Of a stretch of DNA of 64,000 bases, positions 7,662 to 17,085 are shown in pieces. The position numbers were made by a program, and so were the translations under genes. Within the stretch, counting starts at the first letter, position 1; each line of letters starts with the position of its first letter. The stretch is from positions 5,514-69,513 of the forward strand of contig DULN01000006.1 in NCBI GenBank assembly GCA_012840355.1, given 5' to 3'. Under the pieces are notes generated by a model, which saw nothing but the letters and a program-made list of their open reading frames with translations, was not told the origin of the DNA and searched no databases. The stretch comes from Clostridiales bacterium. Lineage in GTDB: Bacteria; Bacillota; Clostridia; Oscillospirales; CAG-272.

Positions 7662-9503
7662 ATGCTTAGACCCGTTGCAATGGAATTTTTGCCGCCGCGC
7701 GACATTAAGCCGCTTGGCTGGCTAAGGCGGCAGCTTGAAATACAGGCGAACGGGCTTTCCGGCAATCTTGATAAAATGTGGCCGGATGTGCGCGACAGCC
7801 GCTGGGTTGGTGGCGACAGGGAAGGCTGGGAGCGGGTTCCTTATTGGCTTGACGGTTTTATTCCGCTCGCCTACCTGCTTGACGACAAGGACATGCAGAG
7901 CCGTGCGGCAAAATATATGGACGCAATTCTGAACCGCCAGGAACCGGACGGCTGGATTTGCCCCTGCCCGCCGGAACATCGCGGCGGCTATGATATGTGG
8001 GCGCTAATTTTAATGGCTAAAGTTATGATGGTCTATGCGGAGTGCTCCGGCGACGAGCGCATTGTTCCGGCGCTGACCGCAGCCCTTCGCAATTTCAGCA
8101 ACCATATCAACTCCTGCACACTGTTCAACTGGGGCGCGGCGAGATGGTTTGAGGCGCTGATACCGATTTTCTGGCTCTACGAGAAAACCAGCGAAGATTG
8201 GCTGCTTGACCTTGCGCACAAGCTGAGGGTGCAGGGCTTTGACTACCAGACCCTGTTTGAGCATTACAGGGACATGGTCCCGCAGAGGCGCTGGACTTAC
8301 CTTACGCATGTAGTAAACCTTTCGATGTGCTTAAAATCGGGCGCGCTGATAAGCAGGATGTATGGCGGGGACCCGAATAGATTTGCAAAACTCGCGATAG
8401 AAACGCTTGACAAGTACCATGGCATGGCATGCGGCCAATTTACAGGCGACGAATGCGTCTCGGGCGACAGCCCCGTGCAAGGCACCGAGCTTTGCGGCGT
8501 GGTCGAAGCGATGTATTCATATGAGCAGCTGCTCTCGATTACCGGCGATCCATACTGGGGCGACAGGCTCGAGAAGCTTGCGTTTAACGCTCTTCCCGCT
8601 ACCATCAGCGAGGATATGTGGACCCACCAGTACGACCAGATGACAAACCAAGTGCAGTGCTCAAGGCTACCCGACGGGCATGTGATCTTCCGCACCAATT
8701 CCGGCGAGTCCCACCTGTTCGGGCTTGAACCGAACTATGGCTGCTGCACCGCAAACTTTAACCAGGGCTGGCCGAAATTTGCGCTGTCGGCTTTCATGCG
8801 CACGCCGGGTGGGCTGGCTTCGGTCATACCGGTTCCGTCTGAGGCGCGAATTGAAATAGGCGGCACAGAGGTAAAGTGCAGGCTCGACACAGAATACCCG
8901 TTCAAAGGCTTGCTCGTATACACTATTGATGCCGAAAAACCGGTTGAGCTTGAGTTTTCAATCCGCATACCCGGTTCGGCTGCTGCGGCGTATGTCGACG
9001 GCGAGCAGGTAAAATGCGGCGAGTTTTACCGCATAAAGCGAACCTGGTCGGGGCAAAGCAAAATTGAAGTTAAGCTCGTTTTCGAGTGCTCGCTTGTAGC
9101 CCGCCCGCGCGGCATGGCTTGCCTTTGGAGAGGCCCGCTGCTTTACTCGCTCGAGTTAAACGAGGAATGGAGGCCGTTCGAGTACATAAGAGGCGGCGTT
9201 GAGCGCAAATTCCCATATTGCGACTACGAGCTCTACACAGACTCGGATTGGGCGTTCGGCTTTGCCAGCGGCGAGTTTGAGGTCCACGAAAACGAGGTCT
9301 CGGATATCCCGTTCTCGCACTCCAAACCGCCGGTGGTTATCGAAACTTATATGTACCCGCTTGACTGGAAGATGGAGTATGGTATATGCGCGGTCGAGCC
9401 AAACTCGCGCAAGCCGACTGGGCCTGCAGTTAAAAAACGCTTTATCCCCTACGGCTGCGCGAGGCTGCGCATGACCGAAATGCCTGAAAAGTGCGAAGAA
9501 TAA
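7662..9503 (+). CDS. GH127-type (DUF1680, beta-L-arabinofuranosidase-like) glycoside hydrolase
   Basis: SD GGGAGGAG upstream of ATG 7662. N-terminal LGWLRRQLEIQANGLSGNLDKMWPDV...GWERVPYWLDG typical of this family. Candidate Zn/Cys site E-x-C (GTELCG) plus CC (YGCCTANF). No signal peptide. Confidence 0.75.
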   Translation: MLRPVAMEFLPPRDIKPLGWLRRQLEIQANGLSGNLDKMWPDVRDSRWVGGDREGWERVPYWLDGFIPLAYLLDDKDMQSRAAKYMDAILNRQEPDGWICPCPPEHRGGYDMWALILMAKVMMVYAECSGDERIVPALTAALRNFSNHINSCTLFNWGAARWFEALIPIFWLYEKTSEDWLLDLAHKLRVQGFDYQTLFEHYRDMVPQRRWTYLTHVVNLSMCLKSGALISRMYGGDPNRFAKLAIETLDKYHGMACGQFTGDECVSGDSPVQGTELCGVVEAMYSYEQLLSITGDPYWGDRLEKLAFNALPATISEDMWTHQYDQMTNQVQCSRLPDGHVIFRTNSGESHLFGLEPNYGCCTANFNQGWPKFALSAFMRTPGGLASVIPVPSEARIEIGGTEVKCRLDTEYPFKGLLVYTIDAEKPVELEFSIRIPGSAAAAYVDGEQVKCGEFYRIKRTWSGQSKIEVKLVFECSLVARPRGMACLWRGPLLYSLELNEEWRPFEYIRGGVERKFPYCDYELYTDSDWAFGFASGEFEVHENEVSDIPFSHSKPPVVIETYMYPLDWKMEYGICAVEPNSRKPTGPAVKKRFIPYGCARLRMTEMPEKCEE

Positions 9504-9512
9504 AAAGCAAAT

Positions 9513-9561
9513 AAAAAATGCCTGATATTGCCCGAAAATGGGCAAGGTCAGGCATTTTTTG
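9513..9561. terminator. bidirectional intrinsic terminator
   Basis: A-run, ATGCCTGA (9518-9525) ... TCAGGCAT (9548-9555) with inner TTGCCC/GGGCAA, then a T6 run. It lies between convergent genes. Confidence 0.7.
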
Positions 9562-9596
9562 TTGGAGGTTAGTTTGCGGCTCAAATCAATGCCTAT

Positions 9597-12161
9597 TTAT
9601 GCTTCTATACACAACGTATCGTATACGCATACGGGGCTGACAAACATAATTTTGCCGCCTTCAATGTCAAACGGCGCCTTTTCGCCGCTGTTGTAAGCCG
9701 CTTTCGCAGCAAAACCGCCTGGGAGTATGAAGGCATTTAAATTTAGTTTTCCCTTTAGTACCGTGAGGACAATCTTATCAATTCCGATTTGCACTGTTCC
9801 CCAAGCGCCGTCGACGGACCAAAAACACATAAACGGCCGCTCTTTTGTAACCGGGTCAAACCCGATCTCGCCTTTAGTCATGTCAAACCTAAAGCCTGAG
9901 AACGCGGCAAGCAGCGCAAAGCTTGCCATCGAGCGCGCATAACTTGCCCCGCACTCAATTTCCGAATAGGGATTGCGCTTTTTGCCGTCGTACCGGTCGC
10001 GGATTGCCCTCACTACCTCGGTTCCTTCATCGACGAGTCCCTCCTGAATCATCAGCCCCGCTGCCGCATACTCAAATCCTGTCATGCACTCTTCGGCGTA
10101 CGGGATTGGGATTTGCGGCTTGTACTCGCCTTGCGGCCACTCGCAAATTACAACGCCGCGCTCGTCGTTTAGAGCGAACACCCTGCAGGGGTTAAACACT
10201 TCGCGCATGGATTTGAAATTTATCTCATATAGCGAGCGCGCTGCGGTCTTGCGATGATTCTTGTCAAATATATCTCCAATCCCAATCAATGTGGCGTGCC
10301 ACTGCGCGACGAGCTGGTCGATTTCGCAGCCGCAGCCATATTGGTATTTTATTTCGTTCTTCTCGCTGTTCCAGTAGTAGCTGTAAATACTGGGGTCATA
10401 TTCCGCAAAGCGGTCGAGCAGGGATTTGTTGGACACGTCAATTTTCTGAATGTAGTAGCGCCCGTTATAAAGCTCGTTTTCTACATGTTTTTTGCCTTTT
10501 TCTAAAATCACGCGGTATTCTTCGGCTTTATCATGCTCACCAAGGTAGTCGGCGATTTCGGCGCAGGCGGCGAGAGCGGCGAGATAGAAACCCGTGAGCC
10601 ACGAGCTTGAGCCGAAAAGTTCGACGTCCAGCGTGTGGTGCTGCCGTCCCGTCAGCACTCCGGATTTGTCAGGGTCCCATAAATCGCGGTTATCGGGGCT
10701 CCACGCATACTCCAGCGTCTTTTTGACAGTGCCCCAATATTTACGCAGCCATGCGTCGTCGCCCGAAAGTTTCCACTCGCGGTAGAAGCGGAGGATGCTG
10801 CCCATCTGCCCGTCGACGCAAGCCCTGAAGTTCCACTTCCCGCTGCCGAGCGGCAGCATGGTGCGGAACATCATCTCCCCGTTTTCTTTGACGTTGTTTT
10901 CGTAATTGATTTCTAGAATATTCCGTGCAAGCCGCGGGAACAGGAAGGGAAGGGAATACTGATACTGCCATACATGGTCGCAAGTTCCCTCACACGAGCC
11001 GCTGTTTGCGTTTGTGCCTTCAAAAGCCCAAAACTCGCCGTTTTCAAGCCTAAGGCAGGTAGCGCTTTTAAGGACCGCTAGGTTTGAAGCGGCGGCGTCG
11101 ACGCATTCAGGCGGAAGCGAGCTCCCGAAGAGCGCATTGCTAAATTTCATCGATTCACAGTAAAGCGTATCCCAATTTTCAAAGCAGTACCGCTGTACAT
11201 CTATTGCGCTATTAAACCGCCGGCAGTACTCGTGTTTCCACACCGGCCTTTGATTGTCCCAATACTTTACGAAGTTCGGGAAGTACCACGTCAGCAAAAA
11301 GCGGATCTTTTTGCTTTCGCCGGGCATGAGCCTGACATGTGCGGCGAGTGTCGCCATATCTCCAGTGTCAATCTTGCCGTTGAGGTTATTGTTATCATAA
11401 TGGCGGTTTTTCAGCTTGCCGGGCGACGAAAACTCGCGCCAGAAGGTCACAAGGTCGTCAAACCACCCGCTACGGTACCAGTATTCCTGATATGAAACAT
11501 CCAGCCAGTTGGTCGACACCAAAAGCTCGCCATACTCGGGTTGCTCGGGCGTGTAGTTTTTGCTTGAAAGAAGGATAGAAGACGTACTGCCGTCCGAAAG
11601 GAACTTGTCAAACCCGCCGTCGGAAGTCCGGAACGGATTCCCTACTGAAAAAGCAAGCGTGTAGTCGGTTTCTTCGCTAAAGGTGTTTTTTATATTCCAC
11701 TCGAAAAATGCCGCTGGCAATGAGCTGTTGTCCTCGTCGCCCGGGATGAAAGGGTTAAAGGCGAGAAGCTCAATATCTGCGGGCATTTTTTCAGCGCTGT
11801 ATGTTATGTTTGCGAAAGGGAAAAATCCGCGGAATGCGACGTCGCTAAAGTGCGGGATCCCGGCGAGCGTGGTACGGTTCGGGCCATGTCCATAGCCCCA
11901 GGAATGGTGGTGCGCGGCGTATGGCACGCCCATGAGGTCCTTTGTCAAATCTCCGTGCAAAACCCGCGCGTCTAAAACTTTTCCACTCCGCTCGGCTTTG
12001 ATTGCAAAATGGGTGTATTCGTTTACTGAAAACTTATTAGCCCTACCGGTTAACTCCCAGTCGACAAGCGCGCCTATACCGGAAATCCCAATCCCGCCTG
12101 TCCCTATGCCCGAGAGCGGGAAGACAATTTCCCTCAAATACTCTCCCCTGTATGTTTTCAT
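9597..12161 (-). CDS. GH116-family beta-glucosidase / GBA2-type glucosylceramidase-like enzyme
   Basis: 854 aa. GGAGGG 7 nt upstream. N-terminal IVFPLSGIGTGGIGISG...VDWEL typical of the GH116 N-domain, followed by a long C-terminal catalytic region. Cytoplasmic. Directly downstream of SBP 12246-13745 on the same strand. Confidence 0.8.
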   Translation of the reverse strand: MKTYRGEYLREIVFPLSGIGTGGIGISGIGALVDWELTGRANKFSVNEYTHFAIKAERSGKVLDARVLHGDLTKDLMGVPYAAHHHSWGYGHGPNRTTLAGIPHFSDVAFRGFFPFANITYSAEKMPADIELLAFNPFIPGDEDNSSLPAAFFEWNIKNTFSEETDYTLAFSVGNPFRTSDGGFDKFLSDGSTSSILLSSKNYTPEQPEYGELLVSTNWLDVSYQEYWYRSGWFDDLVTFWREFSSPGKLKNRHYDNNNLNGKIDTGDMATLAAHVRLMPGESKKIRFLLTWYFPNFVKYWDNQRPVWKHEYCRRFNSAIDVQRYCFENWDTLYCESMKFSNALFGSSLPPECVDAAASNLAVLKSATCLRLENGEFWAFEGTNANSGSCEGTCDHVWQYQYSLPFLFPRLARNILEINYENNVKENGEMMFRTMLPLGSGKWNFRACVDGQMGSILRFYREWKLSGDDAWLRKYWGTVKKTLEYAWSPDNRDLWDPDKSGVLTGRQHHTLDVELFGSSSWLTGFYLAALAACAEIADYLGEHDKAEEYRVILEKGKKHVENELYNGRYYIQKIDVSNKSLLDRFAEYDPSIYSYYWNSEKNEIKYQYGCGCEIDQLVAQWHATLIGIGDIFDKNHRKTAARSLYEINFKSMREVFNPCRVFALNDERGVVICEWPQGEYKPQIPIPYAEECMTGFEYAAAGLMIQEGLVDEGTEVVRAIRDRYDGKKRNPYSEIECGASYARSMASFALLAAFSGFRFDMTKGEIGFDPVTKERPFMCFWSVDGAWGTVQIGIDKIVLTVLKGKLNLNAFILPGGFAAKAAYNSGEKAPFDIEGGKIMFVSPVCVYDTLCIEA

Positions 12162-12245
12162 CGCTCATCCCTCCGAAAAGGCATTAAAATCGCCCGTTTG
12201 CCTAAGCCGCATTTTCACGGATGGCAAACGGGGCGAGCTTAAAGT

Positions 12246-13745
12246 TTACGCGTTTTGGTTGCTGTAGAAGTTTTCAAAATACTCGATGACCGATTCGTAA
12301 TGCTTCATTATGGACTTTTCGTATTTTGCCCAATATGATGCGACGTTGGGGTTGTTTTGGTCAACAAGGTTTTGTATGATGAATGCCGCGCCGCTCCATG
12401 CGTCGTAGACATAGCCGAAATCAAACACCCGGCTGTTTACAATCATGTCGAGCATCGCAATCGATTCTTCGTCGCGGGTGCCTTTGAACTTCAGGGCGAC
12501 GTCATAGTAAGCGGGTACGACTTTTTTATAGCTTTCAGCGCAAAGCGCCTCGGTGATAACGCCGATAAGCTCGGTATTCGAAACGGTTATCGGCACAGCC
12601 ATTACCTGATGGCTGCCGTCGACCATCGTGTAATATTTCGACTGGTTTTCGTCCCATTTCGGGTAGGGCAAAATCGCGTAATCGTCCTCAAGGTCGCGGA
12701 AATATCCGAGCGCGTCTCCTATGTTGGCGTTAGCGAAGACAGAAAGCCCGCGCGCAAACATGTCGCGGCCGTACATGTGCCTAAATGCCCCGTCGACGTT
12801 GGTGTAATTTCGGTCCATGCGAATGCCTTCGTAGGTGGTAAACCCTTCGAGAATCTTTTGCACGATGCTCGCAGTCTTATCGAGGTTGAGCGAGAATTCC
12901 AGCTTTCCTTCATTATTTTTTCTATAAATCGGGTTGTCAAATGCCCAGAGGTACGCGCATACATTAGACATGCAGTCTGATGTTAAGCCGTAAAGATCGT
13001 CGTTGTCAACCTGGCTGTTGTGGTTTTGGTCGACGTAAATGTCTTTAGAAAGGCTGATAAGATAGTCGATAGTCCAGCTTCCGTCGTTTACAATCTTATA
13101 TAGGTCCGGGATGCCGTAATCCGCCCCAAGCTTTTTATTATAGAAAACGCAGTACGTCTTGCCAATTGCGGATAAAATGAAGTCCCCGATTGCGGTAATG
13201 CAAACGCCGTTGTATGTAAGGTCGTTGATGTTGGAGTCGGACCACCAAGGCTTTTCGAAATTCACTTTAGGGATATCGTACCAGTTTAAAAAGTAACCGT
13301 TAGGCACGATTTGGCCAAGGACCACCACATGCCAGCACACGAGGTCAATCGCATCCTCGTTTGCGGTGACGGTATTGATTATAATCCCGGTTTCGCGGTG
13401 CCCGGTATCGTTTACAACGGTAATTTTGCAGTTAAAGCGTTCTTCAACCGTGCGGTTGCGCGTGTAAATCGCGTCGTCGACCACATCGCCAGAGCTTTCT
13501 TCCATAAAGTAGTGGTCGGTCATATTGTTGCAAGTCGCGATACGGAATTTATACCCGTCAAAATTGTAGCTGCCCAGCTCGTCGTCAATTTTTTCACGGC
13601 TGTTTAACCCCTCGCTTTCGCTTTGTAGCTCGGCAGTACTGGTGGTGTCTTCCGGCAGCGTCGATTTACCCGAAGACGCATTGCTGCAAGCGCCGAAGGC
13701 TAATACGGCGACGAGCAATAATAAAGATATTAGCCTTTTTGACAC
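12246..13745 (-). CDS. solute-binding lipoprotein paralogue 3
   Basis: GTG 13745 after AAAGGGG. Lipobox FGAC. Motifs VDDAIYTRN, DGSWTID, LEDDYAILPYPKW...YYT. Confidence 0.8.
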   Translation of the reverse strand: MSKRLISLLLLVAVLAFGACSNASSGKSTLPEDTTSTAELQSESEGLNSREKIDDELGSYNFDGYKFRIATCNNMTDHYFMEESSGDVVDDAIYTRNRTVEERFNCKITVVNDTGHRETGIIINTVTANEDAIDLVCWHVVVLGQIVPNGYFLNWYDIPKVNFEKPWWSDSNINDLTYNGVCITAIGDFILSAIGKTYCVFYNKKLGADYGIPDLYKIVNDGSWTIDYLISLSKDIYVDQNHNSQVDNDDLYGLTSDCMSNVCAYLWAFDNPIYRKNNEGKLEFSLNLDKTASIVQKILEGFTTYEGIRMDRNYTNVDGAFRHMYGRDMFARGLSVFANANIGDALGYFRDLEDDYAILPYPKWDENQSKYYTMVDGSHQVMAVPITVSNTELIGVITEALCAESYKKVVPAYYDVALKFKGTRDEESIAMLDMIVNSRVFDFGYVYDAWSGAAFIIQNLVDQNNPNVASYWAKYEKSIMKHYESVIEYFENFYSNQNA

Positions 13746-13815
13746 TCAAATATCCCCTTTCGTTCTTCGATTCGGCTGGGTATTGGCGCACGAAAATTTT
13801 TCACATATCAGGTTC

Positions 13816-13844
13816 ATTGTAGCAAACGTTACAGACGATGTCAA
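13816..13844 (-). promoter_or_regulatory. sigma-A-type promoter for SBP 3 / GH116
   Basis: Minus strand has TTGACA (13844-13839), a 17-nt spacer, then TACAAT (13821-13816), about 70 nt upstream of the start codon. Confidence 0.5.
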
Positions 13845-13991
13845 CAATTCTGCCCAATTTTGGCATACATTTTCTTTTACGGAATATTAAGATAATTAAC
13901 AGTGTGTTAAAAAACGGTTCTTTCGTAGTTAACAATGAAATTTTATGCTAGCTGTTGCAATATTTCTCAAAATACAGCGGAGGATGTGTGT

Positions 13992-15485
13992 ATGATGCTG
14001 AGCCCGAGACGGTTTATAGCGTTTGCTTTAGCGTTTTTGACTGCGCTATTAGCTGCTTCATGCGGCGGCGCAGCAAACAGCCCAGTATCAAAGGTTGACA
14101 CCGAAAATGCTGCTGATGCGACTTCGGGGGAGATTGCGGAAACGAATAAGATAAACTGGGAATCGGCAAACCTGCCGAAGAAAGACTTTGATGGCAGGGA
14201 ATTTGTTGTCCTTACTCGTGAGCCTCCTAACAAGCAGCTTACGTGGTATATGGTCGTGCCCGAAGAGCTAAATGGCGAGTCTCTAAACGACGCGATGTAC
14301 AACCGCAACGCGAAAATAGGCGAAATATACAACACATCAATTGTTTCGCATTATTCGACGGCTATAAGGACCGACGCTAGCAATGCGATAGCTTCGGGCG
14401 ATACCACATTCAGCGCTGTATTCGGCAGGATTTCAGATACATACCCCCTTGCGCAGGAAGGGCAGTTTTTAAATTTCCATAACCTGCCTTATACAAACCT
14501 TGAAGCCCCGTGGTGGGACCAGTCTATAGTTCGTGACCTTACGTATCGCGGCGCTTTATATAATCTCACAGGCGATATTTCTCCGGCAACGAACGTGCGC
14601 GTGTACACAATGGTATTTAACAAGGACATGTGTAAGAGCTTGAATCTCGACTACCCATATCAGTATGTGTACGACGGCACATGGACAATTGATAGGTTTA
14701 ATCAATACATAACAGACGTAAACACCGACCTTAACGGCGACTCGGTGATGGACTATAATGACCGCTGGGGGTTCTTCAGCCAGGACGGGTGCTCCTGGAT
14801 GATGTATTTCGCCGGCGGCGGCCAAGTGGTTGTAAAAGACCCGAGCGGCGAGCTTGTTGTCGCTTACAATACCGACCGCAATATACAGCTCGCGATTAAA
14901 GCGCTTGAGATTGCTATTGATAAATCGAAAACTCTGATGGCGAACCATTATGTCGCTAATAACGGCGGGAACTGGGCCACGGCTACCGCGTGGTTTGCAA
15001 ACGGCGGGGCGCTGTTCCGCTCGTCGGTTCTTGAGCCGATACCTCGCGATTTGCGCTCGCTTGAGGTTAACTTCGGCATAGTCCCGTTCCCGAAGCTCGA
15101 CGAAAAACAGATCCAGTATTACACGCTGCCCGAAGAAACCTCAATAATGTTCAGCGTGCCGGTGACCGCCGACCCTGAATTCGCATCGCTTATCCTCGAG
15201 TCGCTTGCGGCTGAGTCGGTGTCTACCATATCCCCCGCGTTTTATGACATCTGCCTTAACGGCAAAGTCGTGCGCGACGAAGAGTCGAAAGGAATGCTTG
15301 ACATTATATTTTCAAACAAGATATTCGACATCGGGTATATCACTAACATCGGAAATTTCAGGACAATGCTTGTAAACCTTGAAAAGAGCGCAAGCACCGA
15401 CGTTGCTTCAACATTTGCAAAAACGCTCAAGTCGGCAGAAACTACGCTGCAAAAACTCTGCGAGAACTTTGAAAAGATAGGCTAA
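13992..15485 (+). CDS. solute-binding lipoprotein paralogue 4
   Basis: ORF 13935-15485. ATG 13992 after GGAGG. Signal peptide ...LLAASC. Motifs LNDAMYNRN, DGTWTID, NFGIVPFPKL...YYT. Confidence 0.8.
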   Translation: MMLSPRRFIAFALAFLTALLAASCGGAANSPVSKVDTENAADATSGEIAETNKINWESANLPKKDFDGREFVVLTREPPNKQLTWYMVVPEELNGESLNDAMYNRNAKIGEIYNTSIVSHYSTAIRTDASNAIASGDTTFSAVFGRISDTYPLAQEGQFLNFHNLPYTNLEAPWWDQSIVRDLTYRGALYNLTGDISPATNVRVYTMVFNKDMCKSLNLDYPYQYVYDGTWTIDRFNQYITDVNTDLNGDSVMDYNDRWGFFSQDGCSWMMYFAGGGQVVVKDPSGELVVAYNTDRNIQLAIKALEIAIDKSKTLMANHYVANNGGNWATATAWFANGGALFRSSVLEPIPRDLRSLEVNFGIVPFPKLDEKQIQYYTLPEETSIMFSVPVTADPEFASLILESLAAESVSTISPAFYDICLNGKVVRDEESKGMLDIIFSNKIFDIGYITNIGNFRTMLVNLEKSASTDVASTFAKTLKSAETTLQKLCENFEKIG

Positions 15486-15496
15486 AGGAATAAATA

Positions 15497-15533
15497 AGCC
15501 GGCGGCTCCTATTGGGGAGGCTGCCGGCTTTTA
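15497..15533 (+). terminator. intrinsic terminator
   Basis: AGCCGGCGGCTCC ... GGGAGGCTGCCGGCT hairpin followed by TTTT. Confidence 0.7.
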
Positions 15534-15640
15534 ATATTCTCTTAAAGCACCATAATGTAAAAATAATCGTTGCTATTGCCGAAATTATGTAGGCTAAAAA
15601 GCTGCCACAGGGTGTGCTTTTCCATGTGGAAGCGTTTCTT

Positions 15641-16378
15641 TTATAATTCTATATCAGCTACAACCATCCTGTGATCCGACGCCACGATACAGGGGATGTC
15701 GGCAAATAACACTTTCAAATCTAATGAAACGAATATATAGTCGATTTTGCGGGTGGGATTATCTGACGGGAAGCTGTATTTTACCTCCCCGAAAAACTCC
15801 GCCGTGTCGGCCATCCGCTCGTAAATGGGCAAAAGCTTTTCGTTGTTCGGCTCCATATTAAAGTCGCCCATAAGGACATGGGGCGTATCGCAGCCGTCAA
15901 GTAGCTCTACGGCAGCCGTTACAGCGTTCTTTTGCTCGCTGCGCGCGAGCCCGAAATGGGATCCGAAAACTGTAAGCTCTTTTTCGCCTATTTTTATCCT
16001 CGCCCGCATTATACAGCGTGATTCATAATACGCATTCTCGTCCTTAACCGGCGGGTCGGGGATTTTTATAACCTCAAATTCGGCAATCGGATGTTTTGAA
16101 AGCAGCGCGTTGCCATATGGCAAATCGGGCGGGAGCTTTATCGCCTCCCCGAATCTGTAGTAGCCAAATCCGGCGTTTTCGGCTAAAATTTTAGTTTGGT
16201 CTAAATAATCCGGATGGCTCCCTTCGCCCCTGACCTCGTTTAGCACCGCAACGTCTGCGTTTTGTGACTTAATTGCGCCGGCTATTAGGTCGAAATCTAA
16301 AATCTCCCTGCCTTCTTTCTTTGAGCGTAAATAGTCGCGGCAGTGTTGAATGTTGTAGCTTAAAAGCCTAATTTTCAT
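15641..16378 (-). CDS. endonuclease/exonuclease/phosphatase (EEP) family protein
   Basis: ORF 15641-16393. ATG 16378 (MKIRLLSYNIQHC) lies 6 nt after GGAGG. C-terminal SDHRMVVADIEL is typical of the EEP fold. Confidence 0.8.
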   Translation of the reverse strand: MKIRLLSYNIQHCRDYLRSKKEGREILDFDLIAGAIKSQNADVAVLNEVRGEGSHPDYLDQTKILAENAGFGYYRFGEAIKLPPDLPYGNALLSKHPIAEFEVIKIPDPPVKDENAYYESRCIMRARIKIGEKELTVFGSHFGLARSEQKNAVTAAVELLDGCDTPHVLMGDFNMEPNNEKLLPIYERMADTAEFFGEVKYSFPSDNPTRKIDYIFVSLDLKVLFADIPCIVASDHRMVVADIEL

Positions 16379-16415
16379 ATTTGCCTCCATCATAAGCCTG
16401 CGCTGGTATCGTGGC

Positions 16416-16736
16416 TTATTCGCTTTGGGTTTCCCCGTCTATCCAAGCGAGATACGTGGCGCTTCCTTGCTCGATATCTAGCATTATAATTTCCGGCACC
16501 TCGTACGGGTGAAGCTCGAGGAGCTTTTTCTCAATGAGCGGGTAGAGCTCCTTTTTTGTTTTAATAAGCACTAAAATTTCATCCTCACGGCAAAGCTCGC
16601 CTTTCCAAGTGTAGTGGCTCTTTATTCCTATCTGCTGGACGCATGCGGCAAGCTTTGATTTAATAAGCTCCTCAATAACCGGCTGCGCTTGCTCTTCATT
16701 TTGTAATGTGGTCATAACTATTCCGTATTTGCCCAT
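16416..16736 (-). CDS. cutA: divalent-cation tolerance protein CutA
   Basis: 106 aa. ...KLAACVQQIGIKSHYTWKGEL...LIKT...HPYEVPEII pattern characteristic of CutA1. SD AAGAGG. Confidence 0.8.
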   Translation of the reverse strand: MGKYGIVMTTLQNEEQAQPVIEELIKSKLAACVQQIGIKSHYTWKGELCREDEILVLIKTKKELYPLIEKKLLELHPYEVPEIIMLDIEQGSATYLAWIDGETQSE

Positions 16737-16914
16737 TGATATGCCTCTTGTTTCGCAATAATGGACTGCTTTAATTTTATAAAGTTTTTAGAGGGATGTC
16801 AACTTTGAGCCGGTCAAAGCCGAGCCTAAAGCTAGGCTACGCCACCTGCGCGCAGGCCGCAACGCTGCTTATGAGGTATGTATATTTCTTTGGCAAATAA
16901 CCGAATAAGTTAAT

Positions 16915-16957
16915 CCCCCTGCTTGCCCGTTTGGCAAGCAGAGGTTTTTTGGTTTTT
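16915..16957 (+). terminator. orphan intrinsic terminator-like hairpin
   Basis: CTGCTTGCC (16919-16927) / GGCAAGCAG (16933-16941) followed by a T6 run. No + strand gene lies upstream. Confidence 0.5.
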
Positions 16958-16962
16958 CGTGG

Positions 16963-16991
16963 TTGACAACAGAACTTCTTTGTGTTACGAT
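16963..16991 (+). promoter_or_regulatory. sigma-A-type promoter for the heparinase-like gene
   Basis: TTGACA (16963-16968), 17-nt spacer, TGT-TACGAT (16983-16991). A second TGGTATAAT lies at 17002-17010. Confidence 0.45.
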
Positions 16992-17085
16992 AGCCGTCGA
17001 GTGGTATAATATAGTAAAACCCGCAAGACGTATCGCGCGTTTTGTAGGCAGTCCGCTCAAAAACTGCTTGAAAGGAGCCATAGCC

